From the NCBI GenBank assembly GCA_002269645.1, contig NIVC01000267.1, positions 248,001 through 312,000 of the forward strand: a DNA stretch of 64,000 nt. Reading direction: 5' to 3'. The DNA comes from Macrostomum lignano. Lineage: Eukaryota. The translations under genes and the position numbers were made by a program. Positions 38,006 through 51,514 of the stretch are shown here, piece after piece. The number at the start of each line of letters is the position of its first letter. Position 1 is the stretch's first letter. The notes beneath the pieces were generated by a model. It saw only the letters and a list, made by a program, of their open reading frames with translations. It was not told where the DNA came from and ran no database searches.

Positions 38006-38972
38006 CCCCCAGACAGCAAGCATCCCATAGACAGCAAGCAATCCCCCAGATCTAGACAGCAAGCAATCCCCCAGATCTAGACAGCAAGCAATCCCCCAGA
38101 TCTAGACAGCAAGCAATCCCCCAGATCTAGACAGCAAGCAATCCCCCAGATCTAGACAGCAAGCAATCCCCCAGACAGCAAGCAATCCCACAGACAGCAA
38201 GCATCCCATAGACAGCAAGCAATCCCCCAGATCTAGACAGCAAGCAATCCCCCAGATCTAGACAGCAAGCATCCCCCAGACAGCAAGCAATCCCACAGAC
38301 ATCAAGCATCCCCCAGATCTAGACAGCAAGCATCCCCCAACAGCAAGCATCCCCCAGACAGCAAGCAATCCCCCAGATCTAGACAGCAAGCATCCCCCCA
38401 ACAGCAAGCATCCCCCAGACAGCAAGCATCCCCCAGACAGCAAGCAATCCCCCAGATCTAGACAGCAAGCAATCCCCCAGACAGCAAGCAATCCCACAGA
38501 CATCAAGCATTCCCCAGATCTAGACAGCAAGCATCCCCCAGACAGCAAGCAATCCCACAGACATCAAGCATCCCCCAGATCTAGACAGCAAGCATCCCCC
38601 CAACAGCAAGCATCCCCCAGACAGCAAGCAATCCCCCAGACAGCAAGCAATCCCCCAGACAGCAAGCACCCCCCAGATCTAGACAGCAAGCATCCCCCCA
38701 ACAGCAAGCATCCCCCAGACAGCAAGCAATCCCCCAGACAGCAAGCAATCCCCCAGACAGCAAGCATCCCCCAGATCTAGACAGCAAGCATCCCCCCAAC
38801 AGCAAGCATCCCCCAGACAGCAAGCATCCCCCAGATCTAGACAGCAAGCATCCCCCCAACAGCAAGCATCCCCCAGACAGCAAGCATCCCCCCAACAGCA
38901 AGCATCCCCCAGACAGCAAGCATCCCCCAGACAGCAAGCATCCCCCAGACAGCAAGCATCCCCCCAACAGCA
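38006..38972. repeat. Compound 18/25-mer minisatellite CCCCCAGACAGCAAGCAT / CCCCCAGATCTAGACAGCAAGCAAT
   Basis: Read directly; intergenic. Confidence 0.95.
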
Positions 38973-39353
38973 CGCAGCCACTGAGCAATTCTCTCTCCCT
39001 TGCATATACTATATAGTGGCGCAATACTTTAACAATACTTTTAAAGTGCACTGGCTGATTTCTCTCCCTTATGCAAAAAAGCATGTTTTCGAATACTCAT
39101 ATTTAATTATTTATAGCTCGGAGCATCAGCTCAAGAAGTTGAAGTTTAGTCTATGGCCGTGGACGTATTGAGCTCTCACTGCAAGAAAAATACACTAATT
39201 AGATAGGGAAAATACTGTTTTTCGAATATTTAACCCCTTTAAAATGAAGCAATCTCTTAGCCAAGAGAACTGTACCGATTCGCAAGAATTTCTGATCGAA
39301 TGGTGCAAGTTTGAAAAAAATCGACTGGATAAATTCCTTTAAAATGGATTATG

Positions 39354-39390
39354 TACATACATACATACATACATACATACATACATACAT
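39354..39390. repeat. (TACA)n microsatellite
   Basis: About 9 units. Confidence 0.85.
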
Positions 39391-40092
39391 AGAAACTTTT
39401 CAGATGTAGTTATTTAGATCGATTCGCTATAACATCGTAAACAAATAAATCCAGACGAAATTTGTGTAGTGCAACTTATCATAACAAATCAAATATAGAA
39501 AAATCATACTAAATTAACATAATATAAATATTTTATTAATAAATAATATAAACAAATACCTGAAATATTTAAATAATTTAAAACAAATATAAGCCAAAAA
39601 CATATTAGCAAAAACTTAAACAAATTGAGTAAAGTTTTAAAACCTTTTTTACTTTGACCTAATAAAGTAGACATTGGTTTTGATAGCTTGTCATAATGAA
39701 TATAACAAAATTGGCAACACCCAAATCACTATGCTTCTGGATATTTAGTATACAAGCGTATTTATTTTAGCTGGCAATAAAACAATTTTTTCTTAAACTG
39801 GTGCAAATTGAGACTAAGATTAGGACTTTATAGTAGTTAAAAATGGTGCACACATATTTAGTTCATGAGGGAATATTTCTGGCGACAATGATGCAGTGAA
39901 ATATCCTGTAAGTTGAATATTAGGTTTTTTTACGAGATTCTGCAGGTCACTGGGATTTTTTCTAATAGAGGCTTCTCAAAAAATATTAAATTCGATACAT
40001 ATAGGGACATTCAATTTTTCCGAGTTTATTAAATATTTTGAGGCAAATTTTTAGTTTATATCGATCCCGAAATAGAGATTTTTTTAATCGCA

Positions 40093-41047
40093 TCAGACCA
40101 CGCTGGTCTTGTTGATAACCTCGTCCTGGATTGACAGCTGGCTGCTCGGCCCAGCCGGGTTCTTCGGCAGCGTCGATTGGCTTCTGTCGGCGAAGTCCTC
40201 CAACCGGATGGCCCCCTTAGCGGCTTCACGCGCGGTCTCGGCCTTTTGAAAGCCGTCAACTACCAGGCTGTCCAGGTGCGATTGAAGCGAGCGGACATCC
40301 TGCCTGGCTGCCGTCAGGGAGCTGAGCGATGCACGAATCTCACACTGGATCAGGCTCTCCATGGCGCTCATCATCACTAGCTGCTCGGGTTGGGGGTAGT
40401 TTTGCGCTTTGTTTATGGTAGTTTTGCGCTTTGTTTAGGGGCAGATTTGCGCTTTGTTTAGGGGCAGATTTGCGCTTTGTTTAGGGTAGTTTTGCGTTTT
40501 GTTTAGGGTAGTTTTGCACGTACTAGCGACTATACAGTTGGACTAGGGTAGATTTGTGGGGTGAATCAGATTTGGGTTCAAACTGGGTAGATTTGGGTTC
40601 AGCTTGGGTAGATTTGGGTTCAGATTGGTTACATTTGGGTTCAGATTGGTTACATTTGGGTTAAAACTGGGTAGATTTGGGTTCAAACTGGGTAGTTTAG
40701 GATTCAAACTGAGTAGTTTTGGGTTCAGATTGGGTAGATTTGGGTTCAAACTGGGTAGTTTTGGATTCAAACTGAGTAGTTTTGGGTTCAGATAGGGCAG
40801 ATTTGGGTTCAAACTGGGTAGATTTGGGTTCAAATCGGGTAGATTTGACTCAGCAGGTTTTGAATACAAAGATAAGCCGGCTGTAGCAGCTGTTGCTAGG
40901 CTGTAGCAGCCTTAATTAATTTAAAATTTTGCACACCTGCACGCTGAAAGGCAGCTCGGCAATGCGCCGCTGAATCTCTCCATCAGTGTACATCCTGACT
41001 GGCCGGGACGCCACCTGTGATCTTGACAGCTTCTTTCTCAGAGGCAT
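40093..41047 (-). CDS. Hypothetical two-exon protein, complement(join(40093..40380,40937..41047)), ~132 aa
   Basis: ACCATG start at 41047; MPLRKKLSRSQ...ELPFSVQ|GTGTGC donor; CAG|CTAGTGATG acceptor at 40381; both phase 0; GC-rich codon usage; helical/coiled-coil-like middle; no recognised family. Confidence 0.55.
40396..40850. repeat. Two minisatellites in the orphan-gene intron: ~22-mer GTAGTTTTGCGCTTTGTTTAGG (40396-40518) and 21-mer GGGTAGATTTGGGTTCAAACT (40546-40850)
   Basis: Read directly. Confidence 0.9.
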
Positions 41048-43098
41048 GGTAAGGAGAGCGAGTGTTTTTACGGATATCGGCTCCGCTTGTTACGTAGGCG
41101 GGATCGCGATCGCTGAAAAGCAATTCCTCCCGATCAGTTATATTTATATACTCTTTAGTCAGCAAGCCGAAATTCAATTAGCTGCAGGGTCGGGGATGAA
41201 AATTCAGAATGCTCAACAGCCTGTACGTGTACAGGCCTTTCTTCAGTTAAAACAATAGGGCATTGTGTATGAATTTCTGTACGAATGGCGCCCCGACTGC
41301 ATTGGTGCATTGGTTTCCTTATCCTTAAAAAGGATGAAATGAGAAAAGCTCTCTGCAGCGCATTTGACTGCATGCATGCATTCATACGCTTTTTCGATGC
41401 CAATCGCTGTCGTGCCTTGTGTTGATTACGTTACCAAGGAAAACAAGTGGAAGATGCAGTCACCTGAGAAATCACCTGCTTTTACTATAGTATTGAAACG
41501 AGAAGCCATGCAGGTTGGAAGCTTACAGACAGTCAAATAGAGAGTTTACGCATCGACGAGAGAGTGGCACTGTTCCTTATTGCAAAAATGAAATATGGGA
41601 ATAGTTAACGAGCACTTAGCTGTGCTGCCATCCTAACAAGGTTGAGGGGGTATTGTTTGGTCCCGCGCATCCAGAGCATGAGAATTTAAATAGTTTTGTT
41701 TCGATCTAACTCAAAGAGATTTCCTTTACTTGACTCAACATCTTTTAGAATAAAAATGGTAAAAAAATTTTTTTTAGAAAACAAAATTGAAAAAAATTAT
41801 TTTCGAAATTTTAGTTACAGAAATCAACATATAATTGCTTGGTCCTTCTCGATCCCAGCACCGTCTTCCACAGAACGAAGTTCGATCTGCTCCTCAACTC
41901 CATTCCGCGAGTCTGGGAGAAGAAGATCATATCGTCCACTCATCAGAGAATCAATCGGTGATCCACGTCATTGAGCGAACCACCGCCTCTCGAGTACAGT
42001 GCTCGACTTCATCACATAATTCTCAACCGCTGCAAGGCGCCTATGGACTGCTCCGTAGACTCTGGCACCACCGCGGATCTCCCTGTGCGACACCGCAGCA
42101 CTATAACTGCTGATCGTTGTCGCTGCAGGGGTTAGTGGAATTGGTGCCGATCCCTCCCCGCTTCATCCGGATACTGGAGCCCCATGCAGTTAGTCAAGTG
42201 AGTCAATGGCTTGGTTTAAAGTTTCAAATATATTGTGGCAAGATAACAATAAGTGGTTAAATATTTGCAGAATGCATACTAACTTTTGAGCTAACACACT
42301 ACTGACACACGGACTACTTAAGTAGAAGGACGCGACACGCGCAAAACGTGCAAATTTTATTGGAGGCTGAATATTCAATTTTATGTAGCTCGACTCCAGA
42401 AACTCGCCGAAGTGTAGTTTTTTCACATGATACAAATAATTTAGTCCTTGTTCATGTAACATATGTAATGCATGATTAAAACGATGCAGAAACCTTAGAA
42501 ATTAGTTTCAAGCGACGAAAACTAACTTTTTCTGGTGAGTTTCGAGTCTCGACGTGCGGCATTTGTAGCACAAAATATAGCTCTTCATTTTGATATAGCA
42601 CTTATTTTAAGTGATTCTTTTAGCTGTTCATTGTTACTGTGAAGCGGACCTTTTTGACCTGGTCATAAGAAAACCTATCGCAAGATGTACAGACATAAAA
42701 CAGATACCACTGATTCTGCGCCAATCGTATCGGATAAATAGAGTCAAGACGAACTAAGACGAAAGATTTTAAGAACACGAATTTTGAGTCTTAGTAGCCA
42801 TTCAATATTTTTATGCCATATTAATATTATTGGCCTTTTTAAAATGTATGCAAAAAGTATATATCAAAGTGGTATAAGATAGCTAGCAGGTTTCTTGTAG
42901 AAAGCAAATGCGAAAACATGCAGTTTAAACAGTATCCAACAAAAGCGTACAACGAAATATTTTACAACAAAATGATCTATTGTATCAAGACAACTTGCTA
43001 TAACATTGCATCAAAAAAACTAACGGTACGCAGTTCTGGCAAGGCACCACTCATAGTCGTCTTCATCATGCAAAGCCAGCCGAATGAAATGCATGTAG

Positions 43099-43620
43099 TC
43101 AATAAGAATAACAAATAGAAATGAGGATAAAGTGCACAATCTTGCACCTGGACACGAGTTGGTGGCAAATGATCAGGTGTAGTAGGTAAATATAGACTAA
43201 AGTCTTGGACAAACTATAGAGGTCCATGATCATCTGGACAGTAGCTATACAAAAGAACTGAACTCCATGCTGCAGGAAAAGCATTACAATAGCCACCTGG
43301 CTGATGAAGTTAAAAGCTTTGCAGAAATCTATACAGACAATTGACACCTCCTTTTAGAGAGTCTCGCAGGTGCCATATGGACTAGCTACTTGTTGTAACA
43401 GCAGTAGTGACAGTTGTAACAGCTCAGCCTTGGACACTTCATTGTCACAACAGTTCTGGAGCATCCTCCTTAAGATGTGTGTACACTTGCTTGTGAGGAA
43501 GCCAACCACTCGAGTATTTGTTCCATGTATACAAAATAGCAACCTCCATGGCCTTGCCTATAGATAGAGAATTCTTTCTCCAGACCATCCAATTGAAAGT
43601 CACCTGAAAAGGATAAGGAA
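43099..43620 (-). mobile_element. Decayed non-LTR retrotransposon (LINE) reverse transcriptase fragment
   Basis: SIVCIDFCKAFNFI...HGV...IMDLY resembles the RT motif (F.DF.KAFDS...LY); preceding frame-broken segments resemble NYRGISL...RML. Confidence 0.55.
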
Positions 43621-45039
43621 AAATAGCTGCATAACATGAATACTTAATGATACACAACCTAAATAAAACAAGTTAATACCTATAATATTATTCATACCTA
43701 GCATGACATTTCAATTGGAAGTGAGATAAATTGTATTTATTAATTAAGTGAGTTAAATTGAAAGTGGATATATTGTGATATCTGAATACAATACTTCCAT
43801 GGGTGACCATCTAACTGCTGCCCCCCCCCCTTAACCAGAGATACTGTGCCACCATTGAATTTCTATATATTAACAGAAAAAACTGATTAAAACAATTTAG
43901 GCCCTATATGCCTCTGAAAGAATATAAGATGAGTAAGTTCTTAAAAACATAAATATCTATAAGTTCTATAGCAGAAATATTAATGCAATATATATTTTTG
44001 AAGCATAGGGCTATAATTATAAATAGACTGACATCAGTCATACAAAAATATATAGGCTTACCAGTAAAATAATTAATAAGAATAGAATACTTAAAGTTAA
44101 ATACTTATATTAATAGGTCTATATTTTATAAATTATCTTAGTCTAAGCCTAGCTGGCTATACCCTAAAGTATAGTCTTATTAAAGTCTTATTAAATCTTA
44201 TTAAAGTATAGATTAGATAATCCAAATTATTTAAAATTTCTAAAAATTTTTTAACTCAAAACAATCCAATACTATTTATAGATAGTCAATAATAGATAGA
44301 AGAGATAGCTTATAGGTTTACCAAGAATACCAACTAATGCCAATGGTAATGATATACAATAGTTAGCTAGGCCCTATACCTAGATCATGTAGGTATAGGC
44401 CTATGCCTACTAGTTTAATAATGAAATACTGCAGGCCCCTATGCTGTAATAACAAATAGCTACATTATATTTTATCATCGCCAGGGTAGTAGCAGTAGGC
44501 CCTGACTAGCAAATGTTGATAAATTTCCAAAAAGTATACTTGCATAGATGGCCTATGCCGCCTATGGTCTACATACAAATTCTAATTTAAATTAGGTTAG
44601 GCTAGCTATGTATAAACGATACATTTCTAAACAGTACTAAGCTAGACGGAAATTATGTATTGATAAAAAATGGGGAAAAAACAAAAAACACTCTAAAAAC
44701 TAAAAATATCTGCATTCTATGATAAAAAACATTTTAATGCCCTGCTAAAGCTATAGTATACGCTAAGGGAGGAAATTCAGCCTCCAAAAAAAATTACACA
44801 AATCGTGCGTGTTGCGTCCTATATAAACGACAATTAAGTAGTCCGTGTACTGACACCCAGAGTTAAAAGTTTTGCGAGGATGAAAATGACACTATAGAAA
44901 GGTGACTATGGATTAGCATTGTGTAAAACATATGTTGCTTATAGTAGCTGATTTCGATATGAGCTAGTTTGAATATTATAATACATGTATTTGCGATGCA
45001 CGATTTTACACAAACATTGCTATCACCAGTCGCCCTCGC

Positions 45040-45200
45040 AAAAGAAGCGCGCATCCAAAAAGCCGCATGACCGGGATTTCACCTGCTAGAAAATTGTTTA
45101 CACATGTTGAGGCGACTTGCCGTTCTCTGATTGGTGCATTGGCCCCGTCGTTGAGGTACAACTTTTAACCTTAAAATTTTGATTGGGCAGCACATCTTTC
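45040..45200. promoter_or_regulatory. Promoter-like CpG-retaining island with three CCAAT (ATTGG) boxes
   Basis: ATTGG near 45130, 45138 and 45182 within a CpG-rich patch flanked by CpG-depleted DNA; lies between the divergent orphan gene and QARS. Confidence 0.3.
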
Positions 45201-46750
45201 AGCGCTGTCACAGTCTCTCTTTAAATAAATAGACAAACTCACAAATTCATCGATTACTAATTTTTTACTTGGCCTCGCCAATACGTTTGTACGCGAGCCG
45301 CAAAAATTGTACATAGATTTAGATGTCTCTATCGATTTTCACCCGAGTGGCATCGATCAAAACCCGGACTAAAGGTACAAAAACGAGTGCATAGATCGGG
45401 TAAATGCTATGTCATATGCCACGGTGACATGTCTTTTACTCAATTAAAAGCGGGCTTATGTATAAATCCAATGAACTACTTTCGGCGCACCCCGATTTTT
45501 AGGTCGATTTCATCGTAACGAAATGTTCAAATGATCGTCATTAATAAAACAATAATTTGATACAGCTATAACTTACATGAAGTTAATAATCAAACAAAAT
45601 TATTTAAGAGCAAGGGAAAAATTATATTCAATACATTTATCAAGCACAATGATCGAGGGGCAGAGGTACGGAGACGCGCGGCGTGAGTTCGTAAGACGCA
45701 GTCCTGTTCATTGCACGGAGGCGGAGCCCTCAAAAGTGGTCAGGTCAGGTATAAGTTTCCAAAAATCAATTTGTCTTAAAGCGGTCAAGTTTATACGTAC
45801 AAGACATACTGAATTTTAGTCAAATAAAAAAATAAAAAACATTATCTGCAGTAACGTACTTGATGTTGATGCTTTGTTATAAATGTTCATGAATTATATG
45901 ATGTAACCGCATGCATGCATGCATGCAGCGTATTAAATTAATGAAAATTATGATAATTGTACGTTGTACGTAGCATTCATGGTTGCTTGCTTGCCTGCTG
46001 GTCGCTTGAAAAGCTACAACTTCTGAAAGTAAAGCAGCAATAAATACGAGGGGCGTCCGGAAAGTTAGAAAGTAGTGTTACTATTACTCGGTGTGGACGT
46101 ATGGAAAGTTGCACTTGCATGAGTCTGGTGTCATTTGAAAGCGGCAAGTCTCTTCTTTAAAATGACACCAATTGCAAGAGATTTGAATATCTGCTTCAAG
46201 AGATCTGGATAATTAAGTAGAGAAAGGTCGGTCGTAGTATAATAATATGATTCATTTCTATATGCAATGGCACACTTGGGATCATTTAGTATATGCCTAT
46301 TGCCTAAAATGTCAGGCATGCATTGACCTTGCTTTGCACGCAAAAAGTTAGGCATGCACAAGTTGGCATGCATTACCCCTAAGAAAATAGTGTGCATGTA
46401 TACCTAGCATGCAATGCACTTAATAAAATCATACAGAGTTAGTGTTAAGTGGAAAAAAGATTGAAAAGCAGATTTTTGAGCATAAATTTCAAGCTTTCTA
46501 GTGTTTTATTTTGTAATAAGGCATTTAAACAAATGTTTATACATATCAATTTTCTGCTATAAATAGTATAGACAAGACATAAATAAGTAACCAAATTATT
46601 AGCCAAAAGGTCTTTTATTCAATGTAAAAAGGTAATTTATTGTCAAAACACTAGCCTAGATTTAAGGGTATGGATATGCACTTAATTTTTTTGGCATGCA
46701 TTTGTAACTATTCAATTTCATTTTAGGCGTGCACCTAGTATGATCTAGAC

Positions 46751-47151
46751 CAGGGGTCCCCAACCTTCTATGGGTGGTAGGCCATATTGACAACTGGCTT
46801 AGGGTGTGCGGGCCGCATGCTAATATAAAATATGCAAAGCCAAGCAAAGCTAGCATTCCTTCCTACTTTTCACTTCAACTCTTGACTGCGTGTACATTTG
46901 TGCACTAGGAGTGGCTAAAATAGCAATCCAAATGAATTGAAGCTTTGCTTCTAGCAGTGGAGAGGGTAAGAAATTTCTAGGAATATTTTCAATACAGCTA
47001 GGAAAATTTTAACATTTTCGGGGGCTGCAATGAAATCCAGTGATAGACTTAGTGGGCCACATGTAATGCAAACTACTAGAAGGTGCTGCAGGCCACAAAA
47101 AAGAACTCGCGGGCCACATGCAGCCCGTGGGCCACAGGTTGGGGACCCCTG
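46751..47151. mobile_element. 401-bp hAT (Charlie/MER1-type) MITE
   Basis: Perfect 16-bp TIRs CAGGGGTCCCCAACCT; 8-bp TSD ATCTAGAC (46743-46750, 47152-47159) matching the NTCTAGAN target preference. Confidence 0.92.
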
Positions 47152-50100
47152 ATCTAGACTATAGTCTATAAAGATATCTTCAAAATAACTTTATACCTAC
47201 CTTAAGTCTGTTGCTTTATTTGACTAGAAGTGCAAGCAGTGCAATCATCAAATGCAAGTATAAAATGAAATCGAAAAAAAGTCTATGTTGCAATGACAAA
47301 AGAACACTGCTTAGCTATTGCTACTGCTAATATATGTGCATACAATAGGCCCCTATAATAGTTAAAATAGGGGGTCCAGTGAGAAAAATTTTTTTGAAAT
47401 CTAAAATTTTAATTGTCATACTGTAGCTCTGAGTGTTATAAGTGAAATTGTTATACTTTAAGGCAGCGTGGCCAAATGAATAAGATGTAAGAAGCGATTG
47501 CAAGGTAGAAAAAGTCACAAAGGCTTTTGAAAGGCCAGTGCACACTTATATTATAGTTAACTACTAACTAGCATAATTTAGCAAACATTAAATTCCCTAC
47601 CCAGCCTAGGCCAGTCTGGGCAGACAAACAAACCCCCCAGCCAATCAGAATGCAAGAACCCTAACCAGCATACAAGCCGCATACACAACAGAAATGACAC
47701 CAAACTTTGAAAATTGATCAAGTAATAAAAAAGTTATGAAGTTTTTTGTTTCAAAAGTTTTGTCTTTTTTCCCTATCTCAAATACACTAAAAACTTTGCC
47801 ATTTTTTTTAGCAAAAAGCATGTCTGTAACAGTAAAATGTCTGTAACTTTTTTATTTCATAAAGATTTTAGTGTTTGAGGTGTTATTTTATAGATTTTTG
47901 TTACCACAATTTTTAATTATCTTTTTTGTATATATATACTATTCTATATCTCTAGATATCTGGGGATTAAGACAAAAGAGGTGAAGAAAAAATTGCAGGA
48001 GTATCATTTTTTGGCTTTGTCATAGTATACTTTCCAGTTACCTTATTTTTATTACTTTCATATTAAAGTAATACTTGTATACAATAATTAGTAAGATTCT
48101 TGACTTCTTACTGTAAGTAGTATGCAAATGATTTGACCATTATTTACATGAAAATGAGTCTTCCAAAGTACCATTCTAGATGTCAATTGTGTCTATAAAT
48201 CTATGTAGCTCATGTAAATCTTAACCTGTTAAAAATGATAATGTGATAAAAGTCACTAAAAAGTTGTTCCAAACAACTCTTTAACTCTTGATGAAAAAGT
48301 TGTCTAAGAATTGTTGTGCTGATGCTTAACTTTCTACTAACTCAGTAGGCTAGTTAGAGTGCAATTAGAGTTCAATAGGCTAAAATTGTGTCTATTGAAA
48401 GAGCTTTCCTTTTTTGGAAAAAAATTGGATGTGTGACTGATTTGTGGAGCATACAGCCCCTCAATGTACATTTTTCCTATCTCCATAGTGTATTTGCATT
48501 TACAGCTGTGCCAAATATGCTTAATAACTTTGGTGCAGCAAAAGTTATCAGGATGTGCCTTTAGGACAAAGAGCTAAGAGCTTGGCCTGTTTTGCTATCA
48601 TTTTATTGAAGAAACTAACTGGCCATTCTTTTGAGCTTAAAAAATTTCTTTAAGAATTTGTCTCAGGGATTTGCATGCATTTTGGCAATCTCTATTAGGC
48701 ATACTGTGACAGGAGTTACACTCATCCTGTCTTGCTTAAAAGTTTCGTTTTGTCACTCGAAGTAAGTAGCAAAAAGAATTAGGGTGGCCACTCTTTCCAT
48801 TTAAAAGTTATGGCCATTTTAAATTTTACATGTACATATAAATATTTTTGAACAAAAAAAATTCATTTAAAATGACCTGCAGGAAGTTACCTACAACCAA
48901 TATGCAAGCATTCTTAGCAGTTATGCACTTATTTACTAAAAAATGAATTCTCCCTACCCCATATTTTCAAGCAAAATTGGCACAGTTTCGAAGATGTATG
49001 CAATGTTTGGCAATCTGTATCTTGTAATTGTATGTAGTAAACATGCAAACTATATATCATTTGAAAGATCTGTTTGTCTACTTTTCAACAAATATAAGAA
49101 TGTTGCCATATCTGAAATATTTAAAAAGTTATAGCCATCTAAAAAAGACCACTTTTTCACGTTTTTTGCACTTGCTAAAAATAGGCTCACTGGACACCCT
49201 AGTTAAATTTATTTTTAAAAACTTTGATTTTTAGTATAAGTCTATATAAGCCCTTATAAATTTAGTATAAGTCTAAGCTTCTACTAATGTTTTATGTATA
49301 AGTTGTTAATTTAGCTATTAGTTAAATACTCTAAAGAGGCATAGTATAGCTTTTATAGACATCATTTTGAAAATGTATTATTTAATATGACTACATCTAA
49401 ATTACCTTAATTTCAATGGCAAGGACTAATGTCTAATGACAATATGTTGAATTTTAATAAAAGTGTCAGCTTTCTTTTAACTTAAGCATTTGCCAAATTG
49501 GCTATTGCCAAAATAGCCTGTTATCAAATTCACTAGAAGCCAACAATAAGACTTAGCAACAGATATTCTATAGTAAAAATTAGGGGCAAGTAATAAACAT
49601 TTTTGTTGATAGGTTCTAGTAGTTGCCATACTGGCATTTGCAAGCTATTTACAATAAAAATAATAAAAATAATTGATTGCATAGGCCCTAATGGACAATT
49701 ATGCAATTGACAGCTTAGCCATAGCTATTCTATAGTATATCTAAAGGTTGCACATGGCTGTTCAGTCCAAGGATTAAGGGCTTGACATATACACTTTTAC
49801 TTATCTTAGCTAATATTGGTATAGCTAGGTGAACTGGAGCAAGCAAAGTTAAGTGTCCTACTTAAGGACAAAAAATAAGATTAAGAATCAAACCTATTGC
49901 AGCCAAGTTCTAAACTATGCTGTTGTGGGATACCCCCTTTTTCTTTTTTGCTAGACTATACCAGCACACCTGACTATATTCATTGCTAGAGACCAATCTG
50001 TGCTAGACATTATCTGATAATGGTCATTGGCTACAAAAGGGAATTAAATTTCTAAACTTTCAGTCATAAGTCTAATGCTCTAACCATAAGGTAATAACCC

Positions 50101-50550
50101 TATTTCTTTAGCAACAAAAGAAAGACGTTTAGGCAAAAAGTCTACAACATAAATGTATAAATAAAATTAGATTTTAATTTAATAAATGAGATCTATATTT
50201 TTATTTTAACTAGTAAGATCAACTATATATTGGTTACAAAGATAATTTTTAAAAGTATAACAAGTATTATCTTATATTGACATTTATATTTTAGAGCTTT
50301 AACAAGGCAAAGTTGATTGAAATAACTTTTATTTGCTTTAAGCAACAAGGTACAGGCATTAAATTAGAGTTACTATCTAAATATACTAAATCTCTAAGGT
50401 TTGTATGCTTGCTTGAATGCTTGTCCATAATTAGAGTTACTAATTGTTAACTTTGTCAGTATATCTCATATGCATCTAGAGACAAAGTGTCTATTAGCAA
50501 GTTAACCTAGTAAAGATAGATTCCTAAAATACACTTGAAAAATGAACATA

Positions 50551-51514
50551 TGAGGGGTGTCCCAAAAGTTCCTGGAATGTCAAACGTAGCTCTTCAACAG
50601 AGCCATAAAATTTTATGCCCATGGGTCAAATGAAAGGAAATTTTGTCACAAAGAAAACAAGTTAAAATCATGTTGATATCTTTTTTATTCAGGAGCTGTA
50701 GCAAGAAACATGCGCAAAGGTTAGGTAGTGTTACACAATCTCAAAAATCTATGGCAATGATTTTAAACAATAAAACACAGAACAGTTCATACCATTGATG
50801 AATCCTCAACTTGACTTGGCAATATCCAATTAATCAGAGATCTCTCAAATAGTCAAGTGGGCATCCAAGTCTAGCAGGGCCTCAATCCATTGATGGGATA
50901 TCTTGCCACCCAACGTGCAAGAATGGCCAGAGTATGGCTGATCATTCACAGCAGACTGGCCATCTCTAAAGTGTTCAATCCATCTGTGAATGGCAGTTTT
51001 TTAGGCTGTTCTCACTGTGGATGGAGAATAAGTGGTAGAAATCTTGGCTCCACTCTATCCTACTGACCAAAGAGCAAAAACTTGACTTTGCTAACTTTCA
51101 AGGCTCTGAAAAGAACTCATTTTTGCAAAGAAATTCCAAGTTGAAAGCAAGTGCTTGGTACAAATTATTTGCACTTGCACAAAAGCTCAGATTAGCTTTA
51201 TGAGCATTTCTGCTTTTTTCCATAGACACTACCATGTCTTTCTGACATGTCAATAGCACGAATACAAAATGAAAATATCTAAAAATGGAGATGAAAAATT
51301 ATATTTTCATTGATATGTGAGATTGTGTAACACTACCCCTGACCTTTGCACATGTTTCTTGCTGCAGCTCCTGAATAAAAAAGATATCAACATGATTTTA
51401 ACTTTGTTTTCTTTGTGACAAATTTTTCTTTCATTTGACACCAGGGGCATGAAATTTCATGGCTCTGTTGAAGAGCTACGTTAGACATTCAGGGAACTTT
51501 TGGGACACCCCTTG
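50551..51514 (-). mobile_element. Decayed, internally deleted mariner element with ~195-bp TIRs
   Basis: TA on both flanks; TIRs 50551-50743 and 51318-51514; minus-strand remnants IHRWIEHFRDGQSAVNDQPYSG and LTI*EIS...LDIAKSS match the mariner transposase N-terminal HTH. Confidence 0.85.

Noticed and set aside
40546-40850. Telomere-like GGGT repeats
   Set aside because: The unit is a 21-mer, not (TTAGGG)n, and it is intronic.
47368-49201. Possible TIR pair TAGGG(G/T)GTCCAGTGAG defining a 1.8-kb DNA transposon
   Set aside because: 15/16 match, but similarity stops abruptly and there is no coding remnant; insufficient support.
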